Assembly (NCBI GenBank): GCA_038240605.1
Contig: JBBSDP010000011.1
Coordinates: forward strand, 75,182-107,181
Reading direction: 5' to 3'
Source of the DNA: Tepidisphaerales bacterium
GTDB lineage: Bacteria > Planctomycetota > Phycisphaerae > Tepidisphaerales > Tepidisphaeraceae
DNA length: 32,000 nt
The translations under genes were made by a program, and so were the position numbers. Positions 8,712 through 19,131 of the stretch are shown here, one piece after another. Each line of letters starts with the position of its first letter. Positions within the stretch are counted from its first letter, which is position 1. The notes under the pieces are model-generated. The model was not told the DNA's origin and did not search any database. It worked only from the letters and a program-made list of their open reading frames with translations.

Positions 8712-9998
8712 ATGAGTGGCCGGCGGAAGCTTGCGTGGCGAACATCGCTCGCCGCGGTCGCGGTCACCCTCACGATCGCCTTGGCCGTCTCGCTGGTCGC
8801 CGGATGCGGCCACCCGGCCGCTCCGCCTCCGCCTCCACCGCCGCCCGTTTCAATCACACGGCCGATGGAGAAGGAAGTGATCGAATGGGACGAGTACACC
8901 GGCACGCTTCAGTCGCCCGAGACGGCCACCGTTGCGGCGCGGGTCAGCGGATTCGTCGAGAAGGCGGATTTCAAGGAAGGGACGATCGTCCACGCCGGCG
9001 ACTTGCTCTTCATCATCGACCCGCGCCCCTATCAGGCGGACCTGGACAATAAGATCGCGGCGGTCGCGCAGGCCCAGTCGCAGGCCGACCAGGCCAAGGT
9101 TCACTACGACCGCTATGCCAAGGTTCGCGGCACGCAGGCGATCTCGGAAGATGACTACGATGCCGCGAAAGCCTCTTACGCGCAGGCCTCTTCCGCCCTC
9201 GCCGCGGCCAGGGCGGCCACGCAAACCGCGCAGCTCAACCTGGAGTGGACGCGCGTCACGGCGCCGATCAACGGCCGAATCAGCCGTAAGTTCGTGACGC
9301 AGGGGAACCTCGTGAACGGCGGCGCCGGCCAGGCGACACAGCTCACCACCATCGTCTCCCTCGATCCGATCTACAGCTATTTCAACGTCCCCGGCCGCGC
9401 GTACCTCAAATACCACGCCCTCTCGGAACAGGAGCGCCGTAGCGGTTCGGCGCGGGGGGATGTCCCCTGCTTCATGGAATTGGAGACCGAGGCGCGCTTT
9501 CCACACGAAGGCGTTGTCGATTTCATGGACAACCAGATCGACCCGGGCACCGGGACGATGCAGATCCGCGGCGTGTTCCGCAACCCCAACGGCGAACTCC
9601 TGCCCGGGCTCTTCGCGCGCACGCGCATCCCCGGCAGTGCCCGCTATCGCACCATTCTGATCCCGGATGTGGCGGTGATGACCGATCAGGCCGAGAAATA
9701 CCTCTTCGTCGTGGTCAAAGATAACGTCGTCGAGCGCCGAACCGTTGAGCTGGGAGCGGCGTTCGGCCCCCTTCGATCGATCAAGACGGGGGTCCAACTG
9801 GGAGAGCAGGTCATCGTCGAGGGACTGACGCAGGCGGCGCCGGGGCGACCCGTCCAGCCGAAGGAGGTCCCCTTCCCGCGCAATACCGACGAAGACCTGA
9901 GCGGCATCCAATCGCCGACCACCCGTGCCCTGCCGACGTCCGACCCGGCGTCGCAACCCGCGGAAGCGGCGCGGGCAACGACGCAGCCCGCCCGCTAA
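8712..9998 (+). CDS. RND efflux periplasmic adaptor (membrane fusion protein), lipoprotein
   Basis: ORF 8610..9998, preferred ATG 8712 preceded by AAGGAG. Lipobox ...SLVAGC, then a PPPPPPPP linker. ...ARVSGFVEKADFKEGTIVHAGDLLFIIDPRPYQADLD... is the HlyD_D23/MFP pattern. Confidence 0.9.
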   Translation: MSGRRKLAWRTSLAAVAVTLTIALAVSLVAGCGHPAAPPPPPPPPVSITRPMEKEVIEWDEYTGTLQSPETATVAARVSGFVEKADFKEGTIVHAGDLLFIIDPRPYQADLDNKIAAVAQAQSQADQAKVHYDRYAKVRGTQAISEDDYDAAKASYAQASSALAAARAATQTAQLNLEWTRVTAPINGRISRKFVTQGNLVNGGAGQATQLTTIVSLDPIYSYFNVPGRAYLKYHALSEQERRSGSARGDVPCFMELETEARFPHEGVVDFMDNQIDPGTGTMQIRGVFRNPNGELLPGLFARTRIPGSARYRTILIPDVAVMTDQAEKYLFVVVKDNVVERRTVELGAAFGPLRSIKTGVQLGEQVIVEGLTQAAPGRPVQPKEVPFPRNTDEDLSGIQSPTTRALPTSDPASQPAEAARATTQPAR

Positions 9999-10007
9999 GG
10001 GTGTCTC

Positions 10008-13000
10008 ATGAACATCGCCCATTTTTTCATCGACCGTCCGGTCTTTGCCGCCGTCCTCTCGATCGTCACGATCATTGCCGGCGCGCTGGCGATCTTCGCG
10101 CTGCCGATCTCGCAATATCCGGATATCGCCCCGCCCACCGTCACGATCAGCACTTCGTATCCAGGCGCGAACGCCGACACCGTCTCCAAGACCGTCGCCA
10201 CGCCGATTGAAGAGCAGGTGAACGGCGTCGAGAACATGCTCTACATGTCGAGCCAGTGCACGAACGACGGCTCGATGCACCTGACGGTCACGTTCAAAGT
10301 GGGGACGAACCTGGACGTGGCGCAGGTGCAGGTGCAGAACCGCGTGGCGATCGCCCAGCCGCAGCTCCCCAGCGAAGTGCAGCTCCAGGGAATCACGGTC
10401 AAGAAGGCCTCTCCGAACATCACGCTCGTCGTCGCGGTCTACTCGCCCGAGGACACCCACGACCTGCTCTACCTGAGCAACTACGCGACGCTCCAGCTCA
10501 AGGACGAGATCGCCCGCCTGCCGGGCGTCGGCGACATCACGATCTTCGGCGCCCGCGATTACTCGATGCGGCTGTGGCTCGATCCCGACAAGCTCGCCGC
10601 ACGCGGCATCACCACGAGCGACGTGGTCGCGGCAGTCCGCGAGCAGAACGTGCAGGTGGCGGCGGGGATCATCGGCGGACCGCCCCTGCCGCCCGGCGCG
10701 GCGCAGTTCCAGTACACGGTCAGCGCCCAGGGCCGACTCACCGATCCCGAGCAATTCAACAACATCATCGTGAAGGTTGGTGACAACGGCCGCGTCACCT
10801 ACCTGCGCGACGTCGGACGCGCCGCGCTCGGCGCCGCCGATTACAGCACTTCCAACACCTACAACGGCCGCCCCGCCGTCGCGATCGCGATCTTCCAGCT
10901 CCCCGGCTCCAACGCGCTGCAGACCGCCAACGCCGTCTACAAGCGCATGAAGGAGCTGCGGCCCAAGTTCCCGCCCGGCGTTGAATATTCGCTCCCCTAC
11001 GACACGACGGTCTTCGTCCGCGACAGCATCGTGGACGTGACGCTGACGCTGCTGGAGGGCGTGGGGCTGGTGGCGCTGGTCGTGCTCGTCTTCCTTCAGA
11101 GCTGGCGGGCGGCGCTGGTGCCGATGCTGGCGATCCCCGTTTCGCTGGTCGGCACGTTCGCGGTCATGTGGCTGGCCGGGTTCTCGCTGAACAACCTCTC
11201 GCTGTTCGGCCTGATGCTGGCGATCGGCATCGTGGTGGACGACGCGATCGTCGTCGTCGAAAACGTCGAACGATGGGTGGAGCGCGGCGCCAGCCCGCGC
11301 GAGGCCGCCTATAAGGCGATGGACGAAGTGACCCCGGCGGTCATCGCGATCGCGTTCGGCCTCTCCGCGGTCTTCATCCCCGTGGCGTTCATCACCGGCA
11401 TCACCGGGCAGTTCTACCGGCAGTTCGCGCTCACGATCGCCTTCTCGACGCTCCTGTCGGCCTTCAACTCGCTGACGCTCAGCCCCGCCCTGTGCGTGCT
11501 GCTACTCAAGCCGCGCGGCGCGACGCGCGACTGGGGCACCCGGACGCTCAACTTCCTGCTCGGCTGGTTCTTCCGCCTTTTCAACCGCGGGTTCGACCGG
11601 CTGAACGGAACCTACATCTCCGCGCTGCGCCGCGTCGTGCGGTTCAGCGCCGTTGCCCTCCTGGCCTACGTCGGGCTGATCTTCCTGGCATACCTCGGCT
11701 TCAAGGCGGTCCCCAGCGGATTCATCCCCCAGCAGGACCAGGGTTACCTGATCATCAACCTCCAGATGCCCGACGCCGCCTCGATCGACCGCACCCAGGC
11801 GACGCTCGCGGAGATGTCGAAGATCGCCACGAACATTAAGGGTGTGAAAGACCAGTTCACTGTCGCGGGGTTGTCGATCCTCTCCAACTCCACTTCCTCG
11901 GCGGCGGGCGTGATGTTCGTGACGCTCGACCCGTTCCACGATCGCGCCGGCAAAGCGGACGTTTCGGCCAACGCGATCATGGCCCGGCTGCGCCAGGCAT
12001 TTGCACCCATCGAAGGGGGCTCGATCCTCGTCTTCCCACCGCCGCCGGTGAACGGCATCGGCAGTGCCGGCGGGTTCAAGATGCAGATCGAGGACCGCTC
12101 GGGACTCGGCACCCCCCAGCAGCTCGAAGGGGTCCTGCATCAGGTGATGGCGGAGGCGGGCAAGCGCCCGGAGGTGACCTCGCTCTTCTCCAGCTACCGT
12201 GCCAGCTTTCCGCAGCTCTACGCGAACGTCGATCGCGTCAAGGCCAAGCAGCAGAACGTAACCGTCACCAATCTCTTCCAGACGCTTCAGGTCTACCTGG
12301 GCGGCCTGTACATCAACGACTTCAACTTCCTCGGCCGCACCTGGCACGTGACGGCGCAGGCCGATGCCCCGTTCCGCGCCAAGGCGGCGGACGTCTCTCG
12401 CTTCGAAACCCGCAACCTCGCCGGGCAGATGGTCCCGCTCGGCGCCGTGATGGACCTGAAGGACATCACCGGCCCGGACCGGATCCAGCGGTATGACCTT
12501 TACCTTTCCGCCGAGATCAACGGCGCTACTGCGCCTGGCTTCAGCAGCGGCCAGTCGCTGGCCGCGATGCAGCAGGTCGCCGACCAGGTGATGCCGGCGC
12601 AGTACAGCTTCGAGTGGACCGACCTCGCCTATCAGGAGAAGGCGGCGGGCAACACCGCGCTCTTCATATTCCCGCTGTGCATCCTCTTCGTCTGGCTCAC
12701 CCATTCGGCGGAATACGAGAGCTTCGCGCTCTCGACCGCGATCATCCTGATCGTCCCGATGTGCCTCCTGTGCGCGATCGCCGGCGTGTGGTTGCGCGGC
12801 ATGGACAACAACATCTTCACGCAGATCGGCCTGGTCGTGCTGGCCGGCATGAGCGTCAAGAACGCGGTGCTGATCGTGGAGTTCGCCAAGCAGCAGCAGG
12901 AGCATCACCCCGAGATGAAGGCCGCCGACGCCGCCATCGAGGCCGCGCGCCTCCGCCTGCGGCCCATCCTCATGACCAGCTTCGCGTTCATCTTCGGCGT

Positions 13001-13289
13001 ACTGCCGCTGCTCACCGCTACCGGCGCCGGCTCGGAGATGCGCCAGGCCCTGGGCACCGCGGTCTTCTTCGGCATGATCGGCGTCACGTTCTTCGGCGTG
13101 TTCCTCACGCCGGTCTTCTATACGGTGATCCGCAACCTCACCGGCCGGCGCGTGATCCCGCCGAACGCGGGCGTCCGCGGACGGATGACGACCGACGACG
13201 AAGGCGCCTTGACCAGTGATGCGGAAGGCAATGGCGAGAAAGAACGCGACGGCGACGGCAACCCCGTCACGCCCGAGCTGGCCCACTAG
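10008..13289 (+). CDS. RND multidrug efflux transporter, HAE1 (AcrB/MexB-like) permease
   Basis: 1093 aa. MNIAHFFIDRPVFAAVLSIV...; ...GIVVDDAIVVVENVER...; two large periplasmic loops and 12 predicted TM segments. Has an unusual acidic ~45-aa C-terminal tail. Confidence 0.95.
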   Translation: MNIAHFFIDRPVFAAVLSIVTIIAGALAIFALPISQYPDIAPPTVTISTSYPGANADTVSKTVATPIEEQVNGVENMLYMSSQCTNDGSMHLTVTFKVGTNLDVAQVQVQNRVAIAQPQLPSEVQLQGITVKKASPNITLVVAVYSPEDTHDLLYLSNYATLQLKDEIARLPGVGDITIFGARDYSMRLWLDPDKLAARGITTSDVVAAVREQNVQVAAGIIGGPPLPPGAAQFQYTVSAQGRLTDPEQFNNIIVKVGDNGRVTYLRDVGRAALGAADYSTSNTYNGRPAVAIAIFQLPGSNALQTANAVYKRMKELRPKFPPGVEYSLPYDTTVFVRDSIVDVTLTLLEGVGLVALVVLVFLQSWRAALVPMLAIPVSLVGTFAVMWLAGFSLNNLSLFGLMLAIGIVVDDAIVVVENVERWVERGASPREAAYKAMDEVTPAVIAIAFGLSAVFIPVAFITGITGQFYRQFALTIAFSTLLSAFNSLTLSPALCVLLLKPRGATRDWGTRTLNFLLGWFFRLFNRGFDRLNGTYISALRRVVRFSAVALLAYVGLIFLAYLGFKAVPSGFIPQQDQGYLIINLQMPDAASIDRTQATLAEMSKIATNIKGVKDQFTVAGLSILSNSTSSAAGVMFVTLDPFHDRAGKADVSANAIMARLRQAFAPIEGGSILVFPPPPVNGIGSAGGFKMQIEDRSGLGTPQQLEGVLHQVMAEAGKRPEVTSLFSSYRASFPQLYANVDRVKAKQQNVTVTNLFQTLQVYLGGLYINDFNFLGRTWHVTAQADAPFRAKAADVSRFETRNLAGQMVPLGAVMDLKDITGPDRIQRYDLYLSAEINGATAPGFSSGQSLAAMQQVADQVMPAQYSFEWTDLAYQEKAAGNTALFIFPLCILFVWLTHSAEYESFALSTAIILIVPMCLLCAIAGVWLRGMDNNIFTQIGLVVLAGMSVKNAVLIVEFAKQQQEHHPEMKAADAAIEAARLRLRPILMTSFAFIFGVLPLLTATGAGSEMRQALGTAVFFGMIGVTFFGVFLTPVFYTVIRNLTGRRVIPPNAGVRGRMTTDDEGALTSDAEGNGEKERDGDGNPVTPELAH

Positions 13290-13343
13290 CGAAACATACA
13301 AGCCCGCCCGCGCGCGGGCGGCGCGCGAAGGGACGCGGAATCC

Positions 13344-14864
13344 ATGCGGCAATCTCTCGGCGTTGCCCTCACGGCGATCGTCGGCCTCGGCGGATGTACC
13401 GTCGGGCCCGATTACCATCGACCCACCTCACACCTCCCGGACCGCTTCGCGGGGGCGAGCACGCAGCCCACGACGCAGCCCGCGGAGGTGGTGGACATCC
13501 AGCGCTGGTGGCAGACGTTCGGCGACTCGGGTCTGAACAGCCTGATCGATCGTGGCGTCGCCTCCAATCTCGACGTGCGCCTCGCCACCGCGAGGGTGCG
13601 CGAGGCCCGCGCCCAGGTCGAGTTCAACCGCGCCGGCCTCTTTCCCACCGTCGACTCCAGCGCCAATTACACGCGCAGCCGTTCAAGCAGGAACGCAGTC
13701 GGCGTGCCGTTTGGTGGCGGATCGACCACTCCCACGGGCGGAGGAACCGGCAGCGGTGGATCGACCGGCGGCGGAACAACCGGCGGCACCACGGCGACGC
13801 CTACTGCGTTCTCGATCGGTGAAAGCAACCTCTATCAGGCCGGCTTCGACGCCGGCTGGGAGATCGACGTCTTCGGCGGCACCCGCCGGGCCATCGAAGC
13901 AGCCCAGTACTCGTATGAAGCGCAGATCGAGGCCCGTCGTAATGCGCTGGTTACCCTTCTCTCGGAGGTCGCGCGGAACTACGTCATGCTCCGCGGCTTT
14001 CAGCACGAGCTGGCGATCGTGCGCGACAACGCCGCGGCGCAGCGCAACACGCTGAAGCTCCAGCAGGACAAGCTCCAGGCCGGCATTGCAACGCGACTCA
14101 ATGTTGCGCAGTCCCTGGCACAGGTCGCGTCAACTGAATCGCAGATCCCCACGCTCCAGACAGAGATCCAGCAGGCCATCCATCGCCTGGGCGTCCTGCT
14201 CGATCAGGATCCGGCGTCGCTGGAAGCGGAGCTGGCCCCCGATGCGCCGCTGCCCGTCGGCCCCTCTCAGATCCCGCCGGACTTGCCATCAGAACTGCTC
14301 CGCCGCCGGCCCGACGTGCGCCACGCGGAGCGGCAGCTTGCGGTCGCCACCGCGAACATCGGCGTGGCCACGGCCGACCTCTTCCCCAAGTTCAGCCTCA
14401 CCGGCTCACTGGGCCTCGAGAGCCTTCAGCTCAAGAGCTTCGCAGACAGCGCCAGCGTTTTCTGGTCGGTGGGGCCGACGGTGAGCTGGCGCGTCTTTGA
14501 CGCCGGACGGATTCGCGCCAACATTCGCGTGCAGAACGCGCGGCAGGAGGAGGCGTTCCTCCAGTACCGCCAGGCGGTGCGGCAATCGTTGGCGGACGTG
14601 GAAGACGCGCTGGTCGCCTACAACCGCGAGCAGGCCCGGCGTCGGGCACTGCACGATGCGGTGCAGGCGAACCTGGAGGCGGTTGACCTGGCCAAACAGC
14701 TCAACAATGCCGGCGTCGTCGATTTCCTCAACGTGCTGACGGCGCAGCTCCAGCTCTATCAGTCGCAGGATCAATTAGCGCAAAGCGAACAGACGGTTTC
14801 CACCGACCTCATCGCGCTTTATAAAGCGTTGGGCGGCGGGTGGGAAGCGATCGATCAGCCATGA
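13344..14864 (+). CDS. Outer membrane factor lipoprotein, NodT/OprM family
   Basis: 506 aa. Lipobox GLGGC followed by TVGPDYHRP; ...GWEIDVFGG...; a duplicated alpha-helical repeat pattern. Third gene of the efflux operon. Confidence 0.9.
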   Translation: MRQSLGVALTAIVGLGGCTVGPDYHRPTSHLPDRFAGASTQPTTQPAEVVDIQRWWQTFGDSGLNSLIDRGVASNLDVRLATARVREARAQVEFNRAGLFPTVDSSANYTRSRSSRNAVGVPFGGGSTTPTGGGTGSGGSTGGGTTGGTTATPTAFSIGESNLYQAGFDAGWEIDVFGGTRRAIEAAQYSYEAQIEARRNALVTLLSEVARNYVMLRGFQHELAIVRDNAAAQRNTLKLQQDKLQAGIATRLNVAQSLAQVASTESQIPTLQTEIQQAIHRLGVLLDQDPASLEAELAPDAPLPVGPSQIPPDLPSELLRRRPDVRHAERQLAVATANIGVATADLFPKFSLTGSLGLESLQLKSFADSASVFWSVGPTVSWRVFDAGRIRANIRVQNARQEEAFLQYRQAVRQSLADVEDALVAYNREQARRRALHDAVQANLEAVDLAKQLNNAGVVDFLNVLTAQLQLYQSQDQLAQSEQTVSTDLIALYKALGGGWEAIDQP

Positions 14865-15201
14865 ACGCGCGTGAAAACGCACTCGATCAGTTCCGCCTCG
14901 ACGGCCGCCGGGCACTCATTACCGGCGGCGGCCGTGGGCTGGGGAACGTGTGCTGGCGCTGGAGTGGGCGCAGCCCGGCGTGACGGTGAACGCACTGTGC
15001 CCTGGCCCCTTCGCAACGGAGATGAACCAGGCGGTTCTCAAGGACCCAAAGCAGTACGCCGAGTTCATCGCGAAAGTCCCCATGGGACGCTTGGGTGAAC
15101 TGCGCGAGATCGACGGTCCCGCCCTCTTCCTCGCCTCCGATGCCTCGTCCTTCATGACCCGCAACACGCTCTTCGTCGATGGCGGCTGGACGGCGCAATA
15201 G
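14861..15201 (+). pseudogene. Short-chain dehydrogenase/reductase (SDR) remnant with an internal deletion and frameshift
   Basis: ATG 14861 (overlapping the OMF stop) gives [29 protein letters not shown], an SDR Rossmann TGxxxGxG start, then runs into a stop at 14981. A different frame from 14950 gives (V)[24 protein letters not shown]...[25 protein letters not shown], an SDR C-terminus. The ~140 central residues, including the catalytic YxxxK region, are missing. Confidence 0.75.
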
Positions 15202-15222
15202 CGCATCGATCTGGTGGATCGA

Positions 15223-18200
15223 TCACCACCGGAAGAACCGATAGGGATCGTCCCACTCTTCCGGCGTGTCCAGGTACATCCCACTCAGGTATCGATGCTC
15301 ATCCTGCCCGCCGACCGGTGTTGAAAACCGATCGAGCAACGGCGTCGATCCCGCGACGCCCGCGTTCGCGAGCAACCGCGACAGCAGGAACGACGACCGC
15401 CGGTACGTGCGACGCAGGTTGTGCGAATGCGCAAAATCGAATTGCCACGGGACCAGCTGGCAAAAGACGACCGTGCCTCGACCTCCCTTCGGCGCCGCGA
15501 CGGCAAGTACCCCATCACCCAGTACGGTTCCCCCGCTGGCAACAAGTGATATCTCGCGCGGACCGCGGTCATGAACATCCGCCGGGCCAACGTACGCCAA
15601 CGGAGACGCGAGCCCTGGCCGATCGAAGACGGCGTTGATGTGCTCCCCCTTTCGCAGCGTCATCTCGAACGGCAGCACGGCGTCCGCGCCCGCCTGATCC
15701 ATCCCAATCGCTACGATATTTCCGCCCGCCTCCAGGAACGCCCCCACGTTCTTCTTATTCGACGCTAGCGCATTCGCACCACCGGGTCCCACCACCAGCA
15801 CCTCGTCAGCGGCCAGCTTCGCACGCGCGACATACGCAGTTGCCGCCACGCCGGCCAATTCCAGATGCTTACGGCCTTCGGCCTCGCCGACGTACACCGC
15901 TCGGCGCACCGCCGGCGGTTTCCACGTCGCCGCGTATTGCAGGAGGTTCGTCGCCACCGCTTCCGCGGCGGGATCCGATTCCGTACGGCCCGTCACATCA
16001 AGCTGGCAGAAGAGGACCATGCCGCTTCCCTCGCGGTACTCCAGCAGCGGGCTGTACTGGAGGCTGTATCCGCCATCGACGATCGGCCGAAAATCCCCCC
16101 TTGCCGGCTTCTCGATCAGGACCGATGCCACGCTTCCCCGATTGCCGCAGCGCCACACGCGCGTCACCGGAATGTCGCACCACTTCACCGTCGGCCCATA
16201 TCGCTCCCGGCGCTCATACGTCAGCCGCGGCGCAGTCGTCGTCGCCTCACCGCGCCAGTCGCTCCACGCTTCGCCATCGATCCCCGCCAGCGCCGGATGA
16301 TCCGACACGCGCGGGAAGACGCGCCGCAGCCCATACTCCGCCACACGAAACCCGAGCCGCCGTTCCAGCGCCGGAGCCGTCTGCTCGAAGACGATCACCT
16401 TGAGCCCCGTGCGCACCCGGCTCAGTTGCGGCGCCGGTCCGTCCACCTTAAGCGCGTGTTTCCCGACGATGAGCACATCGACGCCGGTCAAATCCGCATC
16501 CGCATTGACCCGGCGGAATTGGACGCCGATCTTCTGCAGCCACGACGCAGTCTCTCCTTTCGGATCGAACAGCGCGATGGACGACTCGATCTTTGGCGCG
16601 GCATGCGCGGGCAGCACATGAATCGTGAACGAATCCGCCTGCACCTGCCCGTCTCCGAATCGCACCCGGGCGTGCAGCTCGTAAGCGCCCGGCGGCAACT
16701 CCGCCGGCAGTTGAAAATTCAGTGGGATGCGCGCCTGCTGCCCGGTCTCCACCGTCACCTTGGACTCGCCCACCTGCGCCGCCGGAAGCGCAAATGACCA
16801 GTCACAGGCGAACGTGAGCGTCCTTCGCGAATTGTTGATTACGATGAGCTGCTTCTCGACCGTCTCTGCCGCGCGGAAGTTGTGATCCTTGGAAGTGAAC
16901 GCCGATGCCTTGCCCGCGATATACGCCAGCACCGGCTGATTGTTGCGCAGCACGGCCTTCCCCACGGCAGTTGGAATCCAGTCGGCCAGTTCGTAGGCGG
17001 TGTCGATTCGTTCGACGCGCTGGTCGATGAAGTCCGGGCTGAGCCCGGGTCGCTGAAGATTCTCCCAGTCCACCGGCAGCGAGGCGTGGCCGCGCCGCAC
17101 GCCGGGCCCGGCCGTCCAGAACATGCCGAACTCCCACGGCGAGATTCCCGATACGCCCCACGTTCGAAACGCCCGCCACGTGTCGGTGAGGTATTCCGCC
17201 ATAACCGCGTTGCGGTCCTCGAAGCGCGGCGAGCCCATCTCGGTGGGGTAATCCCAGCGCTGCCAGACCTTGCCGGCTTTGAACTGCTCGGCCTCCCAGC
17301 GCAAGTTTGCCTTCTCCCGGTCGCCGATATTGAACGCCCGGTCCCCCATGAACTGCGCGTTCCATTCCGCGAGGCACAATTCCCATGGCACCGCCGCGCT
17401 GCCGAACTCGCGCTCCCCCTTGTACCAGCCGCGGTACATCGCATGGTCCCAGCTGAACGGCGCGCCATATTCGCAGGTGAAGGCCGGCTTCACCCCCGCC
17501 GTCGCCCAATGGCCGAACCAGTCGCACAGCTCCTGGATCGGCGCGAAGTTCGGATAGAAGTTGCTGGTGTGCATCGCGCCGATGTTCCCACCGGCGTGGT
17601 GGTAAACGATTCGCCCCGGGTCCAGCCGGTGCACGATCGCCTCCGCCCGCAGCGCCAGCTTCGCGTTCTTCGTGGACCACTCCTCTCGCGCATCGTGCAG
17701 CCCGTCGATCAGGTCCGGGTTCATGTCCTCCGTGTACCCGGTGGCGTTGTGGCTCATCGCGTAAAAGACGACGGAGGGATGGTTCGAAGCGACGCGCGCG
17801 TAGAACGCCGCATGAACGGCGTACCCGTTCTTCTCATCCGCGTCCGGCGCGTTCCACTCGTACTGCGAGAAATGCGGCTGCGTCAGCGCGACCAGCATCC
17901 CCGCGTCGTCCGCCGCTCTGAGGATCTCGGCGAAGCTCAGGTGGGAGCCCGGCTCGCAGTCGTAGTTGTGCGCGTAAACGAAGTTGATGCCGATCGACTT
18001 GAGCCGTTTCATCGTCTCCAGCGCAGCGGCGTAGTTTGCCGCGCCCGCGCCGATCGTCGCGTTGTCGATCGGCACTGCCGACAAAAACACGCGCGTGCCG
18101 TTCAGGAAAAAATCGCGACCGTCGATCCACAGTTCCCGGAATCCAAATCGCTCCTCCAGCGCCGTATCCAGCACCGCCCCATCCGCCCCGGTCAGCGAAA

Positions 18201-19131
18201 GTTGAACGTCATACATATTCTCCGGCGTGTTCAGGTCCCAAAACCGCTCCGGCTTCCATTTCGCCGTGAAACCGAAACGGCCGCCCGCCGCGTCTTCCGC
18301 TGTGAACGATTTGCTGGCAAACGTCGTCACCTTTCGACCATGATCCGTCACACGCGCCCGCAGCCCGTACGTCTGCCCGGCCGCGAGCCGCTGCAAATCC
18401 GTCCTGAACGTGATCTCCCCGCGCCGTACGGAGGTGTTCACATCAATCGAATCGATTCGCGCCCCAACCGGCGTACTCGTCAGAAGCACGTCGCCGCACA
18501 ATCCGCGCCGCTCCACCGCCCCTTTGATCGTCTTCGCGGTCGCGGTGTCCGCGTAAGAGAGCAACACCCCCTTCAGCGGCATCGCCCGAACGAGGAGGCT
18601 CAGCACATGTGTCTTGCCCGGCTCACACGCCGCCGACAGATCCATCTCCCCGGCGGGAAACCGGATCTCCCCAATCCGCTTCCCATCCACGAACACAACC
18701 GCGTACGAGTTGAGATACTCCACCGACAGTGCGATGCGCCGCCCTTTCCACTCCGACGGGATGGTGATCTCCCGCTGATACCAGGCCGCATCCACCTCTG
18801 CCGGCTTCGCATTCTTAAACGTCGGATTCGGATAGATCGTCTGCGAATCCTTCTCCAGATAATCCCCGCTCCCCGGCCAGTTCCCCGGCACCTTGAAGAA
18901 TCCCCACCCGCCCTCCGGCGACGCCTCACCGCCGGCCGGCTGCCAGCGCCAAAGCCCATTGAGGCAAACGACCTCCCGCGTCGGCGTCGCTTTCCGCCAC
19001 GCCTTCCCCAGGTCCCACACCGCCTTCACCCCCGCCGGCAGCTTCGCGTCATCGCGCTCCGCCCCCTTCGCGCCGCAAATAGAGCTGGCCAAAGCAAGAA
19101 TCGAAACAACCGTGCGAAGGGCGACGTTCAT
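15223..19131 (-). CDS. Large secreted glycoside-hydrolase-family-2-like protein with ~700 aa of uncharacterised C-terminal modules
   Basis: ORF 15223..19224, preferred ATG 19129-19131 (MNVALRTVVSILALASSICGA, a signal peptide). GH2 sugar-binding-domain pattern ...WYQREITIPSEWKGRRIALSVEYLNSYAVVFVDGKRIG.... TIM-barrel-like ...GINFVYAHNYDCEPGSHLSFAEILRAADDAGMLVAL.... The family assignment of the C-terminal half is uncertain. Confidence 0.75.
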   Translation of the reverse strand: MNVALRTVVSILALASSICGAKGAERDDAKLPAGVKAVWDLGKAWRKATPTREVVCLNGLWRWQPAGGEASPEGGWGFFKVPGNWPGSGDYLEKDSQTIYPNPTFKNAKPAEVDAAWYQREITIPSEWKGRRIALSVEYLNSYAVVFVDGKRIGEIRFPAGEMDLSAACEPGKTHVLSLLVRAMPLKGVLLSYADTATAKTIKGAVERRGLCGDVLLTSTPVGARIDSIDVNTSVRRGEITFRTDLQRLAAGQTYGLRARVTDHGRKVTTFASKSFTAEDAAGGRFGFTAKWKPERFWDLNTPENMYDVQLSLTGADGAVLDTALEERFGFRELWIDGRDFFLNGTRVFLSAVPIDNATIGAGAANYAAALETMKRLKSIGINFVYAHNYDCEPGSHLSFAEILRAADDAGMLVALTQPHFSQYEWNAPDADEKNGYAVHAAFYARVASNHPSVVFYAMSHNATGYTEDMNPDLIDGLHDAREEWSTKNAKLALRAEAIVHRLDPGRIVYHHAGGNIGAMHTSNFYPNFAPIQELCDWFGHWATAGVKPAFTCEYGAPFSWDHAMYRGWYKGEREFGSAAVPWELCLAEWNAQFMGDRAFNIGDREKANLRWEAEQFKAGKVWQRWDYPTEMGSPRFEDRNAVMAEYLTDTWRAFRTWGVSGISPWEFGMFWTAGPGVRRGHASLPVDWENLQRPGLSPDFIDQRVERIDTAYELADWIPTAVGKAVLRNNQPVLAYIAGKASAFTSKDHNFRAAETVEKQLIVINNSRRTLTFACDWSFALPAAQVGESKVTVETGQQARIPLNFQLPAELPPGAYELHARVRFGDGQVQADSFTIHVLPAHAAPKIESSIALFDPKGETASWLQKIGVQFRRVNADADLTGVDVLIVGKHALKVDGPAPQLSRVRTGLKVIVFEQTAPALERRLGFRVAEYGLRRVFPRVSDHPALAGIDGEAWSDWRGEATTTAPRLTYERRERYGPTVKWCDIPVTRVWRCGNRGSVASVLIEKPARGDFRPIVDGGYSLQYSPLLEYREGSGMVLFCQLDVTGRTESDPAAEAVATNLLQYAATWKPPAVRRAVYVGEAEGRKHLELAGVAATAYVARAKLAADEVLVVGPGGANALASNKKNVGAFLEAGGNIVAIGMDQAGADAVLPFEMTLRKGEHINAVFDRPGLASPLAYVGPADVHDRGPREISLVASGGTVLGDGVLAVAAPKGGRGTVVFCQLVPWQFDFAHSHNLRRTYRRSSFLLSRLLANAGVAGSTPLLDRFSTPVGGQDEHRYLSGMYLDTPEEWDDPYRFFRW

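Noticed and set aside
8850-13418. Very long minus-strand ORFs (634 aa at 8850..10754 and 638 aa at 11502..13418) opposite the MFP and RND genes
   Set aside because: They are antisense to genes with unmistakable family signatures. They are Arg/Gly/Asp/His-rich low-complexity translations with no motifs, the classic shadow ORFs of high-GC DNA.
14871-15098. 75-aa ORF inside the SDR remnant
   Set aside because: It lies in the third frame of the decayed SDR region, its sequence is Gly/Ala-rich noise, and both SDR-homologous frames are different.
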